Source: Candidatus Spongiihabitans sp. (GTDB lineage: Bacteria > Pseudomonadota > Gammaproteobacteria > Arenicellales > Poriferihabitantaceae). Taken from it: a stretch of DNA of 64,000 nucleotides. Each line of letters opens with the position of its first letter. Within the stretch, counting starts at the first letter, position 1. Under the pieces are notes generated by a model. That model was given only the letters and a program-made list of their open reading frames with translations. It did no database searches and was not told where the DNA came from. Below are positions 58,081 through 64,000 of the stretch, in pieces. The stretch is from positions 2,073,304 through 2,137,303 of the forward strand of contig NZ_OZ252047.1 of NCBI RefSeq assembly GCF_965247905.1, given 5' to 3'. The position numbers and the translations under genes were made by a program.

Positions 58081-59031
58081 CTAGTTTTCGGTGTATCCAA
58101 GAGCATGCAGTAGCGCGGCTTTGTCGGCCCATCCTTGCTTCACTTTTACCCAGAGGCTCAGATAAACTTTTTTATTAAACGACCTTTCCATCTGCTTGCG
58201 CGCATTCATGCCAATAGTTTTAAGTTGTTGCCCCTGCTTGCCGATCACGATGGCTTTTTGTCCGATTTTTTCTACCCAAATCACAATATCAATACACAGA
58301 ACGCCCCGCTCATTGGTTTCAAATTTATCGACTGCAGTCGCGATGGCATAAGGCAACTCCTGGCCGAGCGTCATGAATATTTGCTCCCTGACCAATTCCG
58401 CAGCCAGGAACCGTTCGGAACGATCGGCAATCCGATCCTCTGGAAACCCGGCCGGGCCGGCCGGCAGATGTCGGGATACCGTTTTTAGGAAATCATTTAT
58501 GGGTTCCAGTTTGAGCGCCGAAATGGGCACGATTTCGACAAAATCGTGCCGGTTTTTCGATTCCTGAATCAGGGGCAATAACCGGGATTTGTCTTTAAGC
58601 CGATCAATTTTATTGATGAGCAAAATAATCGGCGTGTTTTTTGATTTGGCATGTCTGAAAACCGCGGACCGGGATTCCGACCAGCCTTTATAGTCAATCA
58701 TAAATAAGATCACATCCGCGTCGGACATACTGCTGATGGCCGTTTTATTGATTACTTTACTTAATGTTTTTCGCTGGGTTTTTCGCTGGGTTTTTTGCCG
58801 GGTTTTTTGCTGGCTTTTTTGCAGCTCGCCGTGCAGTCCCGGGGTATCAACAAATGCAATCTGGAATTCGGGCAGCGTTTTAATGCCTAAAATTCTATGC
58901 CGCGTGGTCTGCGGCCGTCTGGAAACAATGGATATTTTTTGGCCAATAATTCGGTTCAGCAGTGTGGACTTGCCGACGTTTGGCGGGCCCGCCAATGTTG
59001 CGAATCCAAAACGATGCTGAGCCATGATCAT
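58081..59031 (-). CDS. era: GTPase Era
   Basis: GPPNVGKSTL, PQTTR, DTPG, NKID, GQELPY, KH domain IVIGKQG, LWVKVK.GW. Confidence 0.97.
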   Translation of the reverse strand: MIMAQHRFGFATLAGPPNVGKSTLLNRIIGQKISIVSRRPQTTRHRILGIKTLPEFQIAFVDTPGLHGELQKSQQKTRQKTQRKTQRKTLSKVINKTAISSMSDADVILFMIDYKGWSESRSAVFRHAKSKNTPIILLINKIDRLKDKSRLLPLIQESKNRHDFVEIVPISALKLEPINDFLKTVSRHLPAGPAGFPEDRIADRSERFLAAELVREQIFMTLGQELPYAIATAVDKFETNERGVLCIDIVIWVEKIGQKAIVIGKQGQQLKTIGMNARKQMERSFNKKVYLSLWVKVKQGWADKAALLHALGYTEN

Positions 59032-59038
59032 TGACCGG

Positions 59039-59743
59039 TTATTGGTTTAAGGCTTCGACTGCAAGCGCAGCCGCGCTTTGCTCCGCTTTTTTTCGGCTAT
59101 TGCCGGTCGCAATAAACGCCGATTCAATGCCTGGAACTGTGCACGACACCGTGAAAGTCAAGCGATGGGCTTGGCCGGACTGCTCGATGACCTGATAGAC
59201 TGGCAGCGGTAATTCCTGCTTTTGCAGGACTTCCTGTAACAATGTTTTGCTGTCTTTCAGTTCAGCGGGCTTGATGGTCTCGAGCAGCTCTTGGTATAAT
59301 TTTTCCAACACATGTTTTACCGCCGACATTCCGCCATCCAGATAAAGCGCACCCACCACCGCCTCAAAGGCATCGGACAAAATAGAATCCCGATTGCAAC
59401 CACCGCTTTTTACCTCCCCGCTGCCCATGATCAAATGCGCCTGAAAATCCAACTCTCTTGCCAGGCTTGACAATGTTTTTTGACACACCAGCGCGGCGCG
59501 CATTTTGGTTAAATCCCCTTCGGGCAGTTCCGGGAACCGATGATAGAGAAACTCCGCGATGACATACCCAAGGATGCTGTCCCCTAAGTATTCCAGACGC
59601 TCGTTGTTCGGGCTGCCCACGCTGCGATGCGACAACGCTTGCGCCAATATGCCTGTATCCTTGAATTTATACCTTAAGTTTTTTTCTAGAGCCAGGGGTT
59701 CGCTCGCGGCTGAATCACTGGACATGCCACTCACTAAAATCAC
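59039..59743 (-). CDS. rnc: Ribonuclease III
   Basis: ALSHRS, NERLEYLGDS, DAFEA.VGA.YLD, dsRBD KDSKTLLQE...SRKKAEQSAA. Confidence 0.97.
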   Translation of the reverse strand: MILVSGMSSDSAASEPLALEKNLRYKFKDTGILAQALSHRSVGSPNNERLEYLGDSILGYVIAEFLYHRFPELPEGDLTKMRAALVCQKTLSSLARELDFQAHLIMGSGEVKSGGCNRDSILSDAFEAVVGALYLDGGMSAVKHVLEKLYQELLETIKPAELKDSKTLLQEVLQKQELPLPVYQVIEQSGQAHRLTFTVSCTVPGIESAFIATGNSRKKAEQSAAALAVEALNQ

Positions 59744-60555
59744 TCAATGAAATCGCCGATTCGACTCCATTCCACGCCGCCGCCGCTCAGGCCTTTCCAA
59801 CTGAACCAGATGAAAAAGGCGCGCCCCACCACATTCTCTTCGGGCACAAAGCGCCAGTATCTGCTGTCATTGCTGTGGTCGCGGTTGTCGCCCATTACAA
59901 AATAGTGGCCCGGGGGGACAATCACCCGTTCCAAGTTCCGCGACCTGCGGGAGCTGTCCAGCAGAATTTTATGAGTGGCGCCGTCTATGGTTTCAATGAA
60001 TTGATCCGCGGATTGCCCCTTGAGCCGCACTTGCGTGTACGCGTACTTACCGTCATCCTCAGCCTCAATCGGCTGCCCATTGATTGAAAGTCGCTTGTCT
60101 TTATAAGTGAGGATGTCGCCCGGCAGTCCGATCACGCGCTTGATAAAATTCAATTTTGGATCAATCGGATACCTGAATACCATCACGTCTCCCCGTTTCG
60201 GGCTGCTGACCGATAATATTTTTTTATTGATAATCGGCAATCGAATGCCGTAGGAAAACTTGTTGACTAAAATAAAATCTCCAATATGCAAACTCGGCAG
60301 CATTGAGCCGGACGGAATCCTGAATGGTTCAACGATAAAAGATCGAAGTACAAACACGACCAGTATCACCGGAAACAAAGCCCTGGCGTATTCAACAATA
60401 ATCGGCTCTGACCTTATTGCCTTTCCTTCGGCGTCCAGCCCTCCTGTATCCAAACCGGGCGCAACGCTGTTTTTCCGTTTGGAGAAAATTTTGTGCAACA
60501 GGATAATGCTGCCGGTCACCAGCAGTGCAATAAATAAAATAATCGAAAAATCCAC
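59740..60555 (-). CDS. lepB: Signal peptidase I
   Basis: EPFRIPSGSM, FIKRVIGLPGD, GDNRDHS.DSRYW. Confidence 0.97.
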   Translation of the reverse strand: MDFSIILFIALLVTGSIILLHKIFSKRKNSVAPGLDTGGLDAEGKAIRSEPIIVEYARALFPVILVVFVLRSFIVEPFRIPSGSMLPSLHIGDFILVNKFSYGIRLPIINKKILSVSSPKRGDVMVFRYPIDPKLNFIKRVIGLPGDILTYKDKRLSINGQPIEAEDDGKYAYTQVRLKGQSADQFIETIDGATHKILLDSSRRSRNLERVIVPPGHYFVMGDNRDHSNDSRYWRFVPEENVVGRAFFIWFSWKGLSGGGVEWSRIGDFIE

Positions 60556-60621
60556 AGATCACGCCCGAAAGTCAAAAGAGGTTAAATAGTTAATCTGAAT
60601 ATTAATTGTTTCATGGTGCAG

Positions 60622-62445
60622 TCAGTCTCGCTCTATCTGCAAAATGGATAAAAAAGCTTCTTGAGGGATGGCAACGGAGCCAATTTGTTTCATTCTTTTC
60701 TTGCCGGCTTTTTGTTTTTCCAGCAATTTGCGTTTTCTGGTGATGTCGCCACCGTAACATTTTGCGGTTACATTTTTCCGTAATGCCTTGACCGTTTCTC
60801 GAGAGATGATTTTAGCGCCAATGGCAGCCTGGATGGCGACATCAAACATTTGCCTGGGAATCAGTTTTCTCATTCGCGACACCAATTCCCGGGCGCGATG
60901 CTGGCTTTGCGCTTTATGCACTAATACCGACAGCGGCGCAACTTTCTCGCCATTAATGAGTATATCCACCTTAACCATATCAGCCGGGCGGCTTTCAATA
61001 AACTCATAATCCAGCGACCCATAACCGCGACTAACGGATTTTAGATGATCGAAGAAATCCACCACCACCTCATTCAATGGCATTTCAAATTCCAGCATCA
61101 CCTGACGACCATGGTAATGGATATTTTTCTGAATGCCGCGTCTTTCAACACACAGCGAAATGACCGCGCCCACGTAGTCATGCGGCACCAGAATCCGCGC
61201 GCTCAAATAAGGCTCCTTGATTAACTCAATTTTCGACCGCTCCGGTAAATCCGCCGGATTATCAATAAACAGCACTTCGCCATTGTTCTGAAGTATCTCA
61301 TAAACGACCGTCGGCGAGGTGGTAATCAGTTCAATCTGATACTCCCGCTCCAGGCGTTCCTGCACTATTTCCATATGCAACATGCCTAAAAATCCGCACC
61401 TGAATCCAAACCCCAGAGCCTGCGAGGATTCAGGCGCAAACACCAACGAGGCGTCGTTCAAACTCAGCTTATCCAAGGCCACCCTGAATGCCGCGAAATC
61501 AGCATTGTTAATCGGATACAGTCCTGCAAACACGGTCGGCTTGATTTTTTTAAAGCCCGGCAATGGCTGCTCGGCAGGCTGATTGGTTAAGGTTACGGTG
61601 TCGCCGACGCGCGCTGATTTAATCTCTTTCAACCCCGCGATCAAATAACCCACATTCCCGGCCGACAGTTTTTCAACATGACACGGCTTAGGTGTGAACA
61701 CGCCAATATTTTCGACCTGATAATCCCGCATCGTTGACATCATTTTTATCCGCGTGCGCCCGGCATTCAAGACCCCCTCCATAATCCGAATCAAGGAAAC
61801 CACGCCAAGATAATTGTCAAACCAGGTATCAATGATCAGCGCGCGCAACGGCGCGCTTTCGCTACCACGCGGCGGCGGCAACAGGGTCACTATTTGCTCA
61901 AGCACACCCTCTACGCCCTGCCCGGTTTTCGCGCTCACCGACAAGGCGGCATGACTATCAAGTCCAATGACATCCTCGATTTCCTGAAGCACGCGCTCGG
62001 GCTCGGCTGCGGGCAAGTCAATTTTGTTAAGCACCGGGATGACGGTTAATCCAAGGTCCACCGCGGTATAACAATTAGCCACAGTCTGGGCTTCAACGCC
62101 TTGCGCGGCATCGACCACTAGCAAAGCACCTTCACAAGCGGTCAATGATCGCGACACTTCATACGAAAAATCCACATGGCCGGGGGTATCGATCAGGTTG
62201 AGTTGATAGACCTGCCCATCGTTTGCCTGGTATTGCAGGGCGACGCTTTGCGCTTTTATGGTGATGCCGCGTTCGCGCTCCAATTCCATTGAATCAAGAA
62301 CCTGCTCCTTCATTTCGCGCTGCTCCAAGCCGCCGCAAAGCTGAATGAATCGATCGGCCAAGGTGGATTTGCCATGATCAACATGCGCGATGATGGAAAA
62401 ATTTCTAATCCTGGAGGGATGGGGAATGAAGTGGCGCCCAGACAT
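60622..62445 (-). CDS. lepA: Elongation factor 4
   Basis: [55 protein letters not shown]. Confidence 0.98.
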   Translation of the reverse strand: MSGRHFIPHPSRIRNFSIIAHVDHGKSTLADRFIQLCGGLEQREMKEQVLDSMELERERGITIKAQSVALQYQANDGQVYQLNLIDTPGHVDFSYEVSRSLTACEGALLVVDAAQGVEAQTVANCYTAVDLGLTVIPVLNKIDLPAAEPERVLQEIEDVIGLDSHAALSVSAKTGQGVEGVLEQIVTLLPPPRGSESAPLRALIIDTWFDNYLGVVSLIRIMEGVLNAGRTRIKMMSTMRDYQVENIGVFTPKPCHVEKLSAGNVGYLIAGLKEIKSARVGDTVTLTNQPAEQPLPGFKKIKPTVFAGLYPINNADFAAFRVALDKLSLNDASLVFAPESSQALGFGFRCGFLGMLHMEIVQERLEREYQIELITTSPTVVYEILQNNGEVLFIDNPADLPERSKIELIKEPYLSARILVPHDYVGAVISLCVERRGIQKNIHYHGRQVMLEFEMPLNEVVVDFFDHLKSVSRGYGSLDYEFIESRPADMVKVDILINGEKVAPLSVLVHKAQSQHRARELVSRMRKLIPRQMFDVAIQAAIGAKIISRETVKALRKNVTAKCYGGDITRKRKLLEKQKAGKKRMKQIGSVAIPQEAFLSILQIERD

Positions 62446-62699
62446 GGCTACACGGCTTGCAAAGAGGCTAAAAATAAATAGAACATGATAAAGAACATGG
62501 CGGAATGTTGGAATCAGGCTGCGGATAACGGGCTAATGTAGCCACGGCATAGCGTATTAAAAGTGTGCGGATTTTACCCTTTCCCCCAGACAAGTTGCAT
62601 ATTAATTGATGGCCACGCTAATTTATATTGAATATCAGCCATTAAAAATTGTACTCGTATAAAATACGACCACTCTTTTGTCGATCATAAAAACTACCT

Positions 62700-64000
62700 T
62701 TGGAACATATCAATTCAAGCCAGGCCGAATCAAGTCGAGCCAAATCGAGACAGGCCAAATCAAATCAGGATCAACATGAAGCCTTGCGCGCCGATGTGCG
62801 ACTGCTCGGCAATCTGCTCGGCGAAACAATTAAACAGCGGCATGGCGACAAGTTGTTCAACCTGATCGAGGAAGTGCGCGGCGTGGCCAAGCAAGCGCGC
62901 CGCGGCGATGCCGACCAAACTCAGAAACTGATCGAAATTTTATCTGGATTGAGACCGGTGCATCTTTTCAATCTTGCCCGCGCTTTCACCTTGTTTCTGA
63001 ATCTTGCAAACATCGCCGAGCAACACCACCAAATACGTCAGCGGCGCGCCCTTGCGGCGCAAAAATATCGATTTACCGGCTGCACTGATGAACAATCGGC
63101 AACCACCCACCCCGGCGGGTTTCTGGAATCGGAACTGAGAAACTTAATCAATGCGAAGATAAAACCTGAAGATTTATACGAGCAAGTTTGCAAACTTAAT
63201 ATTGATCTCATACTAACCGCGCACCCGACCGAAATTTTGCGGCGCAGCGTGTCATCAAAATTTCAACGCATTGCCGGCTTGTTAGCCGAGCAGGATGGTC
63301 ACGATCTATCGGACACCGAACGGTTTGAAATCAAACTTGGGCTACATCGCGCCATTGCCGAAGTGTGGGAGACCGATGAAATAAGGCGGCTGCGCCCAAC
63401 GCCGGTGGATGAAGCAAAAACCGGGCTGGTTGCCATGGAACATTCCCTTTGGGATGTTGTGCCGCGCATTTTGCGCGAACTTGACCACGCCATGCGCAAG
63501 GTAACCGGAAAACGGCTGCCGCTGAAAGCCGTGCCCATTCGCTTTGGTTCGTGGATGGGCGGCGACCGCGATGGCAACCCCAATACCACGCCAACAATCA
63601 CCGCTCAGGTTTGCGCGTTGTCGCGCTTGAAAGCCGCCGAAATGTTTTGGGCGGAAATCGATGCGTTGCGCCGCGACCTGTCGATGTCCAAATCCAACCA
63701 AGCATTGCGGCAGGTGGTCGGCGACCGGGTTTTGGAGCCCTATCGGGCGCTGCTTGACGGCGTGTTGAAAAAATTGGACGTAACCATAAAGCACCACGCG
63801 CGGGTGCTTGAGCGTTGCGCGGCGGAGGAAAAATCCGGCGCCGCGCGCGCGCCAAAAATCCGCCGCGATGCTGGCGACATCTACCAAGCCCGAGACGACC
63901 TGCAGCAGCCGCTGATGCTGTGTTACCAATCGCTGATTGATTGCGGCGATGAAATGATTGCCGATGGTCGGTTAACCGATATTCTGCGACGACTGGGCGC
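62700..64000 (+). CDS. ppc: Phosphoenolpyruvate carboxylase, 5' part, runs off the window (absent from the ORF track)
   Basis: Frame from TTG 62700 after in-frame TAA 62688: EALRADVRLLGNLLGE, ARAF..FLNLANIAEQ, LILTAHPTEILRRS, FGSWMGGDRDGNP. Confidence 0.95.
   Translation, partial: MEHINSSQAESSRAKSRQAKSNQDQHEALRADVRLLGNLLGETIKQRHGDKLFNLIEEVRGVAKQARRGDADQTQKLIEILSGLRPVHLFNLARAFTLFLNLANIAEQHHQIRQRRALAAQKYRFTGCTDEQSATTHPGGFLESELRNLINAKIKPEDLYEQVCKLNIDLILTAHPTEILRRSVSSKFQRIAGLLAEQDGHDLSDTERFEIKLGLHRAIAEVWETDEIRRLRPTPVDEAKTGLVAMEHSLWDVVPRILRELDHAMRKVTGKRLPLKAVPIRFGSWMGGDRDGNPNTTPTITAQVCALSRLKAAEMFWAEIDALRRDLSMSKSNQALRQVVGDRVLEPYRALLDGVLKKLDVTIKHHARVLERCAAEEKSGAARAPKIRRDAGDIYQARDDLQQPLMLCYQSLIDCGDEMIADGRLTDILRRLG

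Noticed and set aside
57317-62445. lepA-lepB-rnc-era-recO and guaB-guaA-tadA clusters
   Set aside because: Canonical conserved gene orders; ordinary apart from the repeat insertions reported separately.

Overview
A 64-kb chromosomal segment of a Gammaproteobacterium-like bacterium, probably marine and possibly host-associated (lineage and lifestyle are inference). Most of it is core and amine-catabolic metabolism: dusA, gshA, soxBDAG with a divergent MTHFR, lutABC, pyrF, an MltD-like transglycosylase, lpxL, potFGHI, guaB-guaA-tadA, a Co-type nitrile hydratase next to a PuuA-like glutamine synthetase-family ligase, aceEF-lpdA, an MMPL/LolA-like/beta-barrel cluster, lepA-lepB-rnc-era-recO and the 5' part of ppc (missed by the ORF track). 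Accessory DNA includes an AT-rich MvaI/BcnI-type restriction-modification pair just 3' of tRNA-Arg(CCT), an MNT-HEPN toxin-antitoxin pair, an orphan DNA methyltransferase and a broken MFS transporter. The most striking structure is non-coding. Three copies (692, 608 and 895 bp) of a non-autonomous element carry identical 18-bp terminal inverted repeats and different perfect 8-bp target duplications. They keep only the ends of an IS1595-family (IS1016-like) transposase, and the catalytic core is replaced by a shuffled set of CGTC-type REP-like hairpins. One of these hairpins, and a related hairpin near 44.7 kb, is itself interrupted at the same position by a ~71-bp mini-element, giving a three-level nest of mobile DNA. 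The window also has many short tandem micro-duplications, in frame inside housekeeping genes (era, guaA, soxA, potG, aceF, ppc). No CRISPR array, intact transposase or integrase was seen.
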